Notes: a model not told the origin generated them from the sequence alone. A stretch of DNA of 28,941 nt from Candidatus Dormiibacterota bacterium (GCA_036521135.1 DATDII010000192.1:1-28941), one strand, 5' to 3'. Counted from the first letter of the stretch, positions 15,063 to 25,066 are shown. Numbers and translations are program-made.

Positions 15063-15172
15063 GCGCTTTCACATTCTGGACCTGACTTCGTCGCCGCCAC
15101 AAACGAGCCCGGCCGCGGGATGATGATCCGGTGGGCGGGCTGGTAGGACAGCCCCGGGGCAAGGAGGGAACT

Positions 15173-15214
15173 GTGTCGGCGGCAGCTGCTGACCGGTCGG
15201 CGTCGGGCCGGTGA
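15173..15214 (+). CDS. Putative 13-aa upstream ORF (MSAAAADRSASGR) coupled to the next gene
   Basis: Perfect SD AAGGAGG (15161-15167) sits 5 nt before GTG 15173. Its TGA (15212-15214) overlaps GTG 15211 of the next CDS. Confidence 0.45.
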   Translation: MSAAAADRSASGR

Positions 15215-15594
15215 TCTGGCTCTATTTCGCTTTGGTGCTGGCTGCCCACGAGGGCTCCCATGCGCTGGCGCTCTGGGGCTACGGGGTCCCCTTCGCCCCC
15301 CGGGTCTGGTACAGCTCAGACTTTCCCTGGCTCGGCTTCGGCTGGAAGTACCTCATCGACGACGTCGAGCCGGAGCAGCGTCGCACCATCCTGACCGTGG
15401 GGCCGATCGTGGAGGCGATCCTCTGGATGGTCGGGGCCCTCCTGTTCCCTCCTTACTTCCTCGGACTGATCGTGATGGCAGGGCTCACCCTGCTGCTCAA
15501 CCGGGTGCTCCCCGGGGGCGACCTCTGGAAGGCCCGCCGGATCCGGCGGCCCGCGCCACTGCCGCGGCTTGAGGCGGGGGCGACCCAGGGCTGA
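15211..15594 (+). CDS. Small membrane zinc metalloprotease-like protein (M50/site-2-protease-like)
   Basis: HEGSH inside a hydrophobic helix, a TVGP motif, and LLNRVLPGGD resembling the N..P…D third-ligand motif. About 3 TM segments, 127 aa. Confidence 0.6.
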   Translation: MIWLYFALVLAAHEGSHALALWGYGVPFAPRVWYSSDFPWLGFGWKYLIDDVEPEQRRTILTVGPIVEAILWMVGALLFPPYFLGLIVMAGLTLLLNRVLPGGDLWKARRIRRPAPLPRLEAGATQG

Positions 15595-15663
15595 CCCGTG
15601 CCTGGCGCAGTCCTCCCGCCCCGGAGATTGCCGATCGCGAGATCCGAGTTCCGGTACAGACCG

Positions 15664-15669
15664 TAGACT
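15664..15669 (+). promoter_or_regulatory. Putative -10 box (TAGACT) of leaderless AI-2E transcript
   Basis: TANNNT 6 nt before GTG 15676. Confidence 0.5.
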
Positions 15670-15675
15670 GGCCCG

Positions 15676-16980
15676 GTGGCGCCTGAGAAGCCGACGGCCC
15701 CCCCTGCCGTCGGCTCGGCAAAGTCCCAGGCACAGGGGCCTGCCCCGACCACCGCGCTGACGGGCGCTCCCGTCGGCCCCTCCTCCGCCGGGGTGCCGCC
15801 TGGCACCTGGGGCTGGGTTCGCGCCGCCGCGATCGTCCTGACCGTCTTCCTCATCTACCAGCTTCTCCTGGTGGTCGCCGGGTGGCTGACCACGATCCTT
15901 ACCGTGATCCTGGCGCTGGTCCTGGCGGTGGCGATCAGCTTCGTCGCCGACCCCGTGGTCGGCGCGCTCCAGCGCCGGGCCCACTTCCCGGCCGCACTGG
16001 CGGTGCTGACCACCCTCATCCTCGGACTGGTCCTGGTCGCGGCCGTGCTCTTCTTCGTGGGCGGGCCGCTGGTGGGCGAGGCGCGGAGCCTGGCTGCCCA
16101 GATTCCCCACCTTCTCTCTCGCGCCAACGGCGAGATCAGCCACGTCCGAGCCCAGCTCCGCAACCACGGCATCCAGGTGGGCGGTGGCGGAGTCGTCCCC
16201 ACCAATCTGACCTCCTACATCCCGGGAGCGACGGGGATCCTCCTCCACGGGCTCACCAGCACGGTCCAGGTCCTGGTCGACGTCTTCGTCGGCCTGGTCA
16301 TCTCCTTCTGGCTGCTCAAGGACGGCCGGATGCTGCGCCGCCAGTTCCTCGAGCTGCTCCCGGCCCGGCTCCGGGCCGAGGTGACCTTCGGCTTCGACGC
16401 CTTCGCAGTGGTGGTGGGCGGATACGTCCGAGCCCAGCTCCTGATGGCCCTCCTGGTCGCCATCCTGGCCGGCGCGGGCACCGCGATCCTGGGAGTGCCC
16501 TTCCCCCTGGTGATCGCCGTGGCCACCTTCATCTTCGAGCTCGTCCCCCTGGTCGGGCCGTTCGCGGGCGGCGCTGTGGCGCTCCTTCTCGCCCTGACCA
16601 AGAGCCCGATCCTGGCCCTCTTCACCCTGATCCTCTTCCTGGCGATCCACATCGTCGAGGGCTACCTGCTGGCGCCGCGGATCCAGGCCAAGTTCGTCAA
16701 GCTCCATCCCCTGGTGGCGCTCCTGGCCCTCTTCGGCGGGATCGAGGCGGCTGGATTCCTGGGCGCCCTCTTTGCGGTCCCGGTCGCCAGCCTGCTGGCC
16801 GTCTTCATCCGGGCTGGCGTCCTCGACTGGCGCCACAACCGCCCCGACCTATTCGGTGCTCGGGCCACCGAGCGGGCGGCGGTCGGCAGCGCGCCCGGAC
16901 GCAGGGTGCTGCGCGAGTTCACCCCGATCCACCGCGACCTGTGGAACTGGGTCCGGCGCCACACCGGACGCTCCCGGTGA
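15676..16980 (+). CDS. AI-2E (PerM) family transporter
   Basis: Multiple TM helices, GGYVRAQLL, FELVPLVGP, IVEGYLLAPRI…KLHPL…GG…GFLGALFAVP. Confidence 0.92.
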   Translation: MAPEKPTAPPAVGSAKSQAQGPAPTTALTGAPVGPSSAGVPPGTWGWVRAAAIVLTVFLIYQLLLVVAGWLTTILTVILALVLAVAISFVADPVVGALQRRAHFPAALAVLTTLILGLVLVAAVLFFVGGPLVGEARSLAAQIPHLLSRANGEISHVRAQLRNHGIQVGGGGVVPTNLTSYIPGATGILLHGLTSTVQVLVDVFVGLVISFWLLKDGRMLRRQFLELLPARLRAEVTFGFDAFAVVVGGYVRAQLLMALLVAILAGAGTAILGVPFPLVIAVATFIFELVPLVGPFAGGAVALLLALTKSPILALFTLILFLAIHIVEGYLLAPRIQAKFVKLHPLVALLALFGGIEAAGFLGALFAVPVASLLAVFIRAGVLDWRHNRPDLFGARATERAAVGSAPGRRVLREFTPIHRDLWNWVRRHTGRSR

Positions 16981-17122
16981 CCGGCCGCTACCTCTAGGGC
17001 AGGCGTGAGTGGGCTGGTCGCCCGGACGCCAGCTCGGCAGTTTTTCTAGGCGACCGCGCCTGGCCAACTGGCGAGCAGGGCCAGAGCGCCCCGACAGACG
17101 CTGGGCGGGGACTCCGTGCCCT

Positions 17123-18649
17123 TCACTCGAGGAAGGGCGAGAGCAACCCAGGGCAGGCTTCCTCGGCGACCCGGATTGACTCGGGCAGCGTCAGATCCTG
17201 GAGCCGGTACGCCTGACGACCGGCCGCTGTGGTGGCGATCAGGTTGACCACCCGGGCGCGACGCTGAAAGAACGACTGGTGCAGGTTCCAGCCGATGATG
17301 CCCTCGGTCAAGACCATGCTCCGCCGACGCACCAGCGAACCGGAGCGGACCACCAGGCACTGACCGACCACGGCATGGCCGAGGCTCCGATAGCGATCCC
17401 AGGCGACTGGGAGCAGGAGGAGGAGGAGACCTGTGGCCGCGAGCCAGGGCCAGGCGGGAAGCGCTCCCAGCCCCCAGAGGATGAGCAGGAGGACCAGCAC
17501 CGGCGCCATCACCAGCAGGACACGGTTGAAGCGGCGCCGGCGGGCAACCGGGCCGTGCTCGAGCAGCGCCGCCTGGACCGGACCGGTGCTGCCCAGGAGC
17601 TCCGCCGAGACCGACGCGGCGATCCGCTCGGGGGCGGGCGGGACCAGCATCGACCCGCCTCGCTCGGCGCCCCGGCCGACGCGAAGTCCGGTCGCGATCG
17701 CGATGCAGCGGGCGCCCTTGACCCAGCGCAGGAGCAGCGGCTCGCTCAACTCGATCCCCCGGAGCCGGCGCTCGTCGATGCTGATCACCCGGTTGGTGAG
17801 GAGCCCCCTGGTCACCTGGAGTGTGCCTGCCTGCCGGATCAGGCGAAAGTTCCAAAAGGCGAGCAGGTAGCCGAGAGTCGAGGCCAGGGCGATCAGGATC
17901 ACGGCTGCGACCAGGGCGACCAAGGCGAGCAGGGTAGGTGACGCCGAGCCGAGCTGCTCGATGATGCTGTGGATCGGCCCCAGCCGGTTGACCCGGAGGT
18001 GGCCCTCATTGACGATCTCGAGACCGAACCCGACCACTGCTAGGACGGTGACCGCTCCCGAGAGAGTGAAGGGACCGTAGGCGATCCATCTCGGCTGCCA
18101 GCGAGCGAGCTCGGTCGCCGCTGGTCCAGCCTGGCTCGTGGTCGCGGTCGGGGCCGCGACCGCCGACCTCCGGTGGAGGAGCTCCTCCCGGATCCAGCTC
18201 GCGTCCTGGGCGCTGAGCCCGTCCAGCTTCAGGCCGCGGTCCTCCTTGCGATCCGTTCGCCCGGTCCCGATGGTGATGCTGGCCAAGCCCACGATCCGAT
18301 GGAGCACATGGGCGGTCAGGTCGACCGTGCGGATCCGGTCCCGGGGCACGGTCATGGTGCGCCGGCGGAAGAGGCCGCGGCGCACCTGCACCTGGGCGAC
18401 TCCGATCTGATACCTGGTCGTGAACCACCGCAGGGTCCCCGCCGCCAGGGTGACCGCCAGTCCGATCAGGCCCCAGAGCGGCCCCCGGCCGCTTCCGCTC
18501 CCAGCCAGGACCAGCACGGCCAAGAAGGGAAGGTTTTTCAGGATCTCCTGGAGGGGCAGGAGCAGGAGCATGCGCGCGTCAAGCCGGTGCCAGACGCCGG
18601 GGTCTATGGCTGAGACCGCGCCCGCAGCGGCCCCGGTCTCCGGCGGCAC
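17123..18649 (-). CDS. YdbT-like membrane protein with bacterial PH domains
   Basis: WHRL…, RWFTTRYQI, RRGLFRRR…RIRTVD, GWNLHQSFFQRR. Start uncertain; GTG 18649 chosen because the 606-aa ORF overlaps the upstream gene. Confidence 0.82.
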   Translation of the reverse strand: MPPETGAAAGAVSAIDPGVWHRLDARMLLLLPLQEILKNLPFLAVLVLAGSGSGRGPLWGLIGLAVTLAAGTLRWFTTRYQIGVAQVQVRRGLFRRRTMTVPRDRIRTVDLTAHVLHRIVGLASITIGTGRTDRKEDRGLKLDGLSAQDASWIREELLHRRSAVAAPTATTSQAGPAATELARWQPRWIAYGPFTLSGAVTVLAVVGFGLEIVNEGHLRVNRLGPIHSIIEQLGSASPTLLALVALVAAVILIALASTLGYLLAFWNFRLIRQAGTLQVTRGLLTNRVISIDERRLRGIELSEPLLLRWVKGARCIAIATGLRVGRGAERGGSMLVPPAPERIAASVSAELLGSTGPVQAALLEHGPVARRRRFNRVLLVMAPVLVLLLILWGLGALPAWPWLAATGLLLLLLPVAWDRYRSLGHAVVGQCLVVRSGSLVRRRSMVLTEGIIGWNLHQSFFQRRARVVNLIATTAAGRQAYRLQDLTLPESIRVAEEACPGLLSPFLE

Positions 18650-18660
18650 CGGCTCCGGGA

Positions 18661-19200
18661 TCAGGTGGCGTCTCCGGGGGTCTGCTGGGCGATCGCGGTC
18701 AGCTCCTCGACCAGCTCCTCCGCCGTCTGGCGGTCGAGCCCGCTGATCCGGAGCGGGCCCGCCGCCGAGGCGGTGTTGGCGGTCACCTTGACCAACCCGA
18801 AGAGCTGCTCGATCGGCCCTCGCTCGCTGTCCACCGTCTGGAGCCGCGACAGGGGCGCGACCCGCCGCTCCTGGTGGAACCAGCCGGCCTGGGTGTAGAC
18901 CGCGACCGAGGTCACCTCCCAGCGATGGACCCGGTAGCGCCACCTCGGCATCACGATCAGGTGGCCGACGGCGAGGACCACCGTGACCAGGAAGACGACC
19001 AGATGCCAGACCTGGTCGCCCGACTGAGCCAGCAGCCAGACCAGCTCCAGGATCAAGACCACGGCCCAGCCGATCGCGGCCCTGGTCGTCCAGTACCAGA
19101 CGGCGACCGGGCTGACCAGGTGGCGGGGCGGACGGAGGGTGCGCACCCCGGGCGGAAAGGCCCTGTCGACCGGCTGGCCCGATGGGGGAACCTGGGTCAT
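18661..19200 (-). CDS. YdbS-like membrane protein with bacterial PH domain
   Basis: Two TM helices, then PRWRYRVHRWEV…GWF…PLSRLQTVDSERGPIEQLFGL…TAS. Confidence 0.88.
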   Translation of the reverse strand: MTQVPPSGQPVDRAFPPGVRTLRPPRHLVSPVAVWYWTTRAAIGWAVVLILELVWLLAQSGDQVWHLVVFLVTVVLAVGHLIVMPRWRYRVHRWEVTSVAVYTQAGWFHQERRVAPLSRLQTVDSERGPIEQLFGLVKVTANTASAAGPLRISGLDRQTAEELVEELTAIAQQTPGDAT

Positions 19201-19580
19201 CAGGTCCCTCTCCTGTCCCTGGCCCGGGACGCCTGGCTGGCGGCGGAGCGGGCAGATGCCGCTCGCGCGCGGCGGTGGTTCTGCCCGGTCGATGGCTCGC
19301 CTAGGTTGTGGATCACCGCCTTCCCTGCGCGCTCCCGGATGCTGTCCAACTCCGCGGATCCTACGATCGCGTTGCCGCGACGACGCTCCCCGGCCCGCAC
19401 TGCCGGCAGCCTACTCTCCAGCGCCGGGATGGGACAGCTCCGGACACGCTCGGGGGCCGGGTCGTGGGCGGACTGCCGCAGCAGGTGCCGCTCCGGAGTC
19501 GGACCTCAGAAGCCTGCTCCTGGCTGCTGTTGAGCGGGCGATATCATCGGGCTGCTCCGGGCGGAGCTCAAGGAGGCCGG

Positions 19581-20030
19581 ATGGAGCTCGGTCGAGGGCT
19601 GGTCTTGCTACCGGGAGAGGGGGAGCGCTTGCAGGCGCGAGGTAGCCAGATGTTCTTCAAGGCGGTCTCAGCGAGCACCGGCGGACGGTTGTCCCTGATG
19701 GAGCGAACCCTGCCCCCGGGGGGGCGAATGCCGCCCCCGCACCTCCACCGAGACCGCGAGGAAGCGTACTTCGTGCTCGAGGGGCAGGTGGCCTTCCTGG
19801 TCGACGGCCAAGAGGTGATCGGGGAATCAGGCTCCTTTGTATTGGTGCCAGGTGGCGTTCCGCACACCTTTGGTAATCAGGGGTTGGTCCAGGCCAGGCT
19901 ACTGGTCATCCACGTCCCCGGCCTGGACGGCTACTTCCGCGAGCTGCAGGCACTCTGGGCGGGTGCAGCGCCGCCCGAGCCGGCGCAGGAGCGCGAACTC
20001 ATGGCCCGACACGGGATGGAGCCTGCCTAG
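19581..20030 (+). CDS. Cupin domain protein
   Basis: PPPHLH…EEAYFVLEG and VPGGVPHTF. SD AAGGAGG (19570-19576) fixes the start at ATG 19581; -10-like TATCAT at 19542-19547. Confidence 0.88.
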   Translation: MELGRGLVLLPGEGERLQARGSQMFFKAVSASTGGRLSLMERTLPPGGRMPPPHLHRDREEAYFVLEGQVAFLVDGQEVIGESGSFVLVPGGVPHTFGNQGLVQARLLVIHVPGLDGYFRELQALWAGAAPPEPAQERELMARHGMEPA

Positions 20031-20207
20031 CCGCGGGTCGGCGCCCTGGGCTGACGCCGGTGCGCGGAGTCGGATAGCGCGGTGATCAGCGCCGGATGCC
20101 CAATCTGATCGAGGGGGCGACAATGCAGGCTGAACTCCCGGCACGACGGTCGCGTCGCCCCGGCGGGGTACCATCATCCCCGGCAGCACGGCTGAACTGG
20201 AGGTGCC

Positions 20208-20654
20208 ATGGCGAACGACATCGATGGTTACGGCTTTGCTGAGCAGGGCCGGAACGTCGGTCGGCTCCAGGCCGACATCCGCGAGCTCGACGGGGCGGGC
20301 ATCGAGAGGGTGGCCCAGGGCTGGGACCGCCATGTCGGGGACGCGAACCTGGATTCCTTCCGGGCCGCCGAGCAGCAGGCGTCCGAAGAGCTGGAGCAGG
20401 AGAGCCGGGTCGAGCTCTGGCACAAGGTCAGGCAGAGCGTGCTCCGGCTGACCGAGGGTGATGCGGCGCTGGCCAGCTGGAAGGCAGAGCACGGAGAGAT
20501 CGGTGCCAAGGCCGAGCGTGCTGCGCTGGCGGCGGCTCTCGGGCTTCTCGCCGGCGCCGACTCCGACCGGCCCGACCTGGCCCTGCTGCTCCGCCCGATG
20601 GCCGAGGCGCTCCCCTGGCTGATCCTCGATGAGGAGCTGCCCGCGGGGGCCTAG
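20208..20654 (+). CDS. Hypothetical protein (acidic, helical)
   Basis: GGAGG SD, -10-like TACCAT (20169-20174), coding-like codon usage. No family recognised. Confidence 0.7.
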   Translation: MANDIDGYGFAEQGRNVGRLQADIRELDGAGIERVAQGWDRHVGDANLDSFRAAEQQASEELEQESRVELWHKVRQSVLRLTEGDAALASWKAEHGEIGAKAERAALAAALGLLAGADSDRPDLALLLRPMAEALPWLILDEELPAGA

Positions 20655-20819
20655 CCTGCCCCGGCTCTCCTGGCCTGCGACCCTAGCTGGTCGCCGTGCC
20701 CAAGGGACTCGCCGGCAAGGCGCCCTGGCAGCTGACGCCCAGGCGAAGGCCTCAGCGGCCCGCTGCGACGCTACGGCGCTCAGAGCTGAGGAAGGGGACG
20801 GCTTCCGGGCCAGCCCTGG

Positions 20820-23800
20820 CTAGCTCACCGCCTCCGGCTGGAAGGTCGCCCACATCGAGGCGTAGGGCCCGTGGTCGGCGAGCAGGGCCTCGTGGGCCCC
20901 GTCCTCGACGATCCGGCCCCTAGCCAGGATCACGATCCGGTCTGCGCTGCGGGCGGTCTGGAGCCGGTGCGCGATCACGATCGTGGTCCGCCCGCTGGCG
21001 AGCCTGGTCATGGCGGCCGCGACCCGGGCCTCGGTGGCCAGGTCCAAGTTGGAGGTGGCCTCGTCGAGGACCAGGATCTTGGGGTCGATCAGCTGGGCCC
21101 GGGCGAGCGCGATCAGCTGCCGCTGCCCGGTCGAGAGCGAGCGGCCCCGCTCCAGGAGCTGGTGCTCGTAGCCGTTGCTGAGCCTCTCGATGAAGTGGTC
21201 GGCCCCGACCCCCCGGGCGGCGGCCTCAACCTCGGCCGGCGATGCCTCCGGACGTCCGTAGGCGATGTTGTCGCGGATTGAGCCGGTGAAGAGGAAGGGC
21301 TCCTGGGGGACGTAGCCGACGTGGTGGCGATAGTCCTCCGGGGCGAGCTGGCGCAGATCCTGACCGTCCACCATCACCCGCCCCCGCTCAGGGTCGTAGA
21401 AGCGGACCACCAGCTTGGCCAGGGTGGACTTGCCGGCGCCGGTCTCGCCGACCAGCGCCACCGTCTGCCCGGCCGGGATGGTCAGGTCGATCCCCCGAAG
21501 TGCGGCCTCGGCGGACCCGGACCGGCCTTCGGACGTCGCCCGTCCGCTGGATCCCTCCCTGACCGGGTAGGTGAAGTGGACCCCTTCCAGGGCCACCACG
21601 CCGTGGGGGAGCCGGGCCGGGATGGGATGGGCCGGCGAGGGGGTCAGGCTCCGGCTCCCCATCAGCTCCCGGATGCGACGCATCGAGGCCCCGGCCTGCT
21701 GCCAGGAGTCGAAGACCTGGGAGAGCTGCTGGATCGGGGAGAAGAACATGTCGATGTAGAGCAGGAAGGCGATCAGCGCCCCGCTGGTGAGCTGGCCCTG
21801 AGCGATCAGGTAGCCGCCGAAGCCGAGGATCACGGCGTCGGCGACGTCGGCCAGGAACTGGACGAATGGGAAGTAGACCGAGACCAGGCGCTGGGCCGAG
21901 AGCCGAGCCTCGAGGTAGCGCCCGCCCAGGCGGTGGAACTCCGCCTGGCTGAGACGCTCGTGGCGGAAAGCCTGGGCCTCGCGAACCCCGGCCAGGCTCT
22001 CCTGGAAGTCGGCATTCACGATCGCGATCCGCTCCCGGGCCCGGTCGTAGATCCGGCCCGCCCGGCGCCGGAACATGGTCGTGGCGATGCCCAGGGGACC
22101 GATCACGAACATGCTGGCCGCGGCCAGCCGCCAGTTGATGAAGAAGAGCGCCACCCCGACCCCGACGAAGGTGCACACGCTGACCACGGCGGTGATCAGG
22201 CCGCTCTCGAGGAGCGACTCCAGGGAGTCCACGTCGGTGGTCATCCGGGTCATGATTCGGCCCGCCATCTCGCGCTCGTAGTAGTCGATGGAAAGCCGCT
22301 GCAGCTGGGCGAAAATCTTCACCCGCAAGGCGAGCATCAGCCGCTCCGCGGTCCGTCCTGTGATGAACGTCTCGGCGATCGAGTCGGCCAGGTCGAGGAG
22401 GGTGATCACCAAGAAGACCAGGCTGGCGGCGATGATGACGAAGAGAGAGCCGGCGACCACGCCCTGGTCGATTCCCCGCTGGATCAGCAGGGGCCCGGCC
22501 AGGCTCGCGATCGCGTCCAGGATCACCAGCGCCAGCCCGAGGCCGAGGGGACGGCGGTAGTCCCTGACGAAGCCCCAGAGCGAGAAGCCCTCACCGGGCG
22601 GCGCCTCGGCGTCGACGTCGATGGCGACGTCGTCACGGACCGGGCGCAGGGCGGCCACCTTGGCGAGAAGCTCGGGGGTGGGCGCCAGCGAATGGCGCCA
22701 ACCGCCGCTGCCGGTGCCACCCAGCCCAGCGCCCAGCGTCGGGGCCATCGCATGACCGCCCCCGGCCCCGGTCGCGACCCCGCTGTTCCGCTCCGGCCGC
22801 CGCCAGGCGGAGCCTGGATCGGGCGCCGCCTTGACATCGACCAGCCCCACGGTGAGCGGGGAAGCCCCCTTTTCCGGGCCGGAGAGGAGCTCGCGGTAGA
22901 GGGCACAGCGCTCCATCAGTTGCGCATGCGAGCCCTGGTCGATCACCTCGCCCTGGTCGACCACCACGATCCGGTCGGCCAGCCCCAGGGTCGACTGGCG
23001 ATGGGCCACCAGGATGGTGGTCCGGCCCGTCATCAGCTGCCTCAGCCCGCGATGGATCGCCTCCTCGACCTGGCCGTCGACCGCGCTGGTCGCGTCATCG
23101 AGGATGAGGATCCGGGGATCGGTTAGCAGAGCCCGGGCCAGGGCCACCCGCTGGCGCTGGCCCCCAGAGAGGCTCAGGCCCCGCTCTCCGACGACGGTGT
23201 CGTAGCCGTCGGGAAGGCGGCTGATGAACTCGTCCGCCTGGGTCAGCCGGGCGACCGCCATGATCTCGTCCAGGCTGGCGTCGGGCCGGCCGTAGGCGAT
23301 GTTGGCCCGGATGCTGGTCGAGAAGAGGAAGCTCTCCTCGAAGGCCACCCCGATCTGGCCCCGGAGCGAGCTCAGGGTGAGCTCGCGGACGTCGTGGCCG
23401 TCGACCAGCACCGCTCCCTCGGTCACGTCGTAGAAGCGCGGGATCAGGGCGGCCACGGTCGACTTGCCCGAGCCTGACCGACCGACCAGGGCGACCGTCT
23501 CCCCCGGCGCCACGGTCAGCTCCAGGCCTCGCAGCACCGTCGCCTCCGCCTGGTAGCCAAAGGTCACCCCCTGGAACTGGACCTCGCCCCGAATACCCGG
23601 CAGCTCGATGGCCGAGCCCGAGTCCTGGATCGCCGGCCGGGAGTCGAGCAGGTCGAAGATCCGCTCCAGGCCGGCCCGAGCCTGCTGGGCGATGGTGAGC
23701 ATTCCCGCCAGCGTCCGGGCCGGGGCCATCATCGAGGTGAGGTAGGTGGAGAAGGCGAGGAAGGTGCCCAGGGTGATCTCGTGGTGGAGGGCGAGCCAGC

Positions 23801-24608
23801 CTCCGAGCCCGAGCACCGCGACCTGGCCCAAGGTGGGCAGCGCCTGGAGGATCGGCTGGTAGCGGGCCTGCAGCCGCACCGCCCGCAGCCGGGATCCGTA
23901 GAGGCGCTTGGCGGCCGCGGTGAGGCGGAGAAGTTCGCGGCGCTCCTGGCCGAAGGCCTTGACGATCCGGACCCCGTTGACGTCCTCGTCGACGATCTGG
24001 GCCACCTCGCCCTCCTTCTGCTGCCCGTCCCAGGTGGCGGGGAAGATCTGGGAGCGCATCCGGTACGAGACCACGAGCAGGGCCGGGGCCACGATCAGGC
24101 TGACGACAGCCAGGGGCGGGGAGAGGATGACCATGATCACCAGCGAGCTGACCAAGAGGAGGGCGTTGCCGCTGACGTTGGGGAAGAGGGCCAGCAGCCC
24201 CTGGACCAGGGTGGAGTCCGAGTTCGCCCGGGAGACCAGCTGGCCGGTCGGCATCCGGTCGTGGCTGGCGAAGTCGAGCCCCATCAGCCGGTCGTACATG
24301 GCGTTGCGGAGGTCGTACTGCACCGCCAGCGCCACCCGGCCTCCCTGGTAGCGCCGGAGGTGGCCGAAGAGGAAGGCGAGGGCCCCGATCCCGACCAGCG
24401 CCGCCAACCAGGGGGCCATCGGTGAGCGGTGGTGGAGGATCACGTTGTCGAGGATCTGGCGGGCGACCAGCGGGGCAGCCGCTTGGCAGCCGCTGGCGAG
24501 CACGGCCGCGGCGAGCGAGACCACGACCGCGTTCCGGTGGGGTCGGAGGTAGGGAAGGAGGCGGCGCACCCAGCCCGGGGGCCGCGCCCCTCTTGGGAGC
24601 TGGCTCAC
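20820..24608 (-). CDS. Fused (TMD-NBD)2 ABC exporter, multidrug type (Rv0194-like)
   Basis: NBD1: GRSGSGKS / LSGGQRQR / ILILDDATS. NBD2: GETGAGKS / LSTGQRQL / ILVLDEATS. Two 6-TM domains. GTGA overlap with marR. Confidence 0.95.
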   Translation of the reverse strand: MSQLPRGARPPGWVRRLLPYLRPHRNAVVVSLAAAVLASGCQAAAPLVARQILDNVILHHRSPMAPWLAALVGIGALAFLFGHLRRYQGGRVALAVQYDLRNAMYDRLMGLDFASHDRMPTGQLVSRANSDSTLVQGLLALFPNVSGNALLLVSSLVIMVILSPPLAVVSLIVAPALLVVSYRMRSQIFPATWDGQQKEGEVAQIVDEDVNGVRIVKAFGQERRELLRLTAAAKRLYGSRLRAVRLQARYQPILQALPTLGQVAVLGLGGWLALHHEITLGTFLAFSTYLTSMMAPARTLAGMLTIAQQARAGLERIFDLLDSRPAIQDSGSAIELPGIRGEVQFQGVTFGYQAEATVLRGLELTVAPGETVALVGRSGSGKSTVAALIPRFYDVTEGAVLVDGHDVRELTLSSLRGQIGVAFEESFLFSTSIRANIAYGRPDASLDEIMAVARLTQADEFISRLPDGYDTVVGERGLSLSGGQRQRVALARALLTDPRILILDDATSAVDGQVEEAIHRGLRQLMTGRTTILVAHRQSTLGLADRIVVVDQGEVIDQGSHAQLMERCALYRELLSGPEKGASPLTVGLVDVKAAPDPGSAWRRPERNSGVATGAGGGHAMAPTLGAGLGGTGSGGWRHSLAPTPELLAKVAALRPVRDDVAIDVDAEAPPGEGFSLWGFVRDYRRPLGLGLALVILDAIASLAGPLLIQRGIDQGVVAGSLFVIIAASLVFLVITLLDLADSIAETFITGRTAERLMLALRVKIFAQLQRLSIDYYEREMAGRIMTRMTTDVDSLESLLESGLITAVVSVCTFVGVGVALFFINWRLAAASMFVIGPLGIATTMFRRRAGRIYDRARERIAIVNADFQESLAGVREAQAFRHERLSQAEFHRLGGRYLEARLSAQRLVSVYFPFVQFLADVADAVILGFGGYLIAQGQLTSGALIAFLLYIDMFFSPIQQLSQVFDSWQQAGASMRRIRELMGSRSLTPSPAHPIPARLPHGVVALEGVHFTYPVREGSSGRATSEGRSGSAEAALRGIDLTIPAGQTVALVGETGAGKSTLAKLVVRFYDPERGRVMVDGQDLRQLAPEDYRHHVGYVPQEPFLFTGSIRDNIAYGRPEASPAEVEAAARGVGADHFIERLSNGYEHQLLERGRSLSTGQRQLIALARAQLIDPKILVLDEATSNLDLATEARVAAAMTRLASGRTTIVIAHRLQTARSADRIVILARGRIVEDGAHEALLADHGPYASMWATFQPEAVS

Positions 24609-25066
24609 GAAGTGGGAGTCGCGCGGGCCGCCTGGCGCAGCTCCAGCCCGAGCGCCAGGTTCTCGAAGGCCGCAACCGCCCCGGCCGGGTCGGGACAGTG
24701 GCCGACCACCTCCGCCAGCTCCGCCGACATCGCCGCTCTCGCCCGGGCCAGGGCTCGCCGTCCGGGTCCGGTGATCTCGAGGCGGATCGCCCGGCGGTCC
24801 TCTTCGCCGGCGGAGCGGGTCAGTAACCCCCTGCCGACCAGGGACTCTACCGCCGCGCTGATCGCGGGCTTGCCGAGCGCCAGACGTCGGGCCAGGCGCG
24901 AGGCCCGGGCGTCGCCGGCCGCCACCAGGCTGAGGACGCGGTAGTGTGAGAGGCCGAGTTCAGGGTTCGCTCGCTCCAGGATCCGCGCCAGCTGAGTCAG
25001 GGCCTCGACCGCCCGGCCCAGTTCGGACGCGCCCTTCCCCGCCTGCGCCAGTTGGGCTGAGGCCAC
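24605..25066 (-). CDS. MarR family transcriptional regulator
   Basis: LSHYRVL…SRLARRL…ISAAVESLVGRGLL.R…EDRR…LEIT..G. Confidence 0.9.
   Translation of the reverse strand: MASAQLAQAGKGASELGRAVEALTQLARILERANPELGLSHYRVLSLVAAGDARASRLARRLALGKPAISAAVESLVGRGLLTRSAGEEDRRAIRLEITGPGRRALARARAAMSAELAEVVGHCPDPAGAVAAFENLALGLELRQAARATPTS

Noticed and set aside
17020-17047. GCC-AGCTC-GGC followed by a T5 run after the AI-2E gene (terminator-like)
   Set aside because: The stem is only 3-5 bp and is separated from the T-run; too weak to call.
19288-19420. DnaA-box-like TGTGGATCA and several TANNNT hexamers in the ydbS-cupin spacer
   Set aside because: A single mismatched box, and about as many hexamers as expected by chance in 380 nt on two strands, with no positional support.
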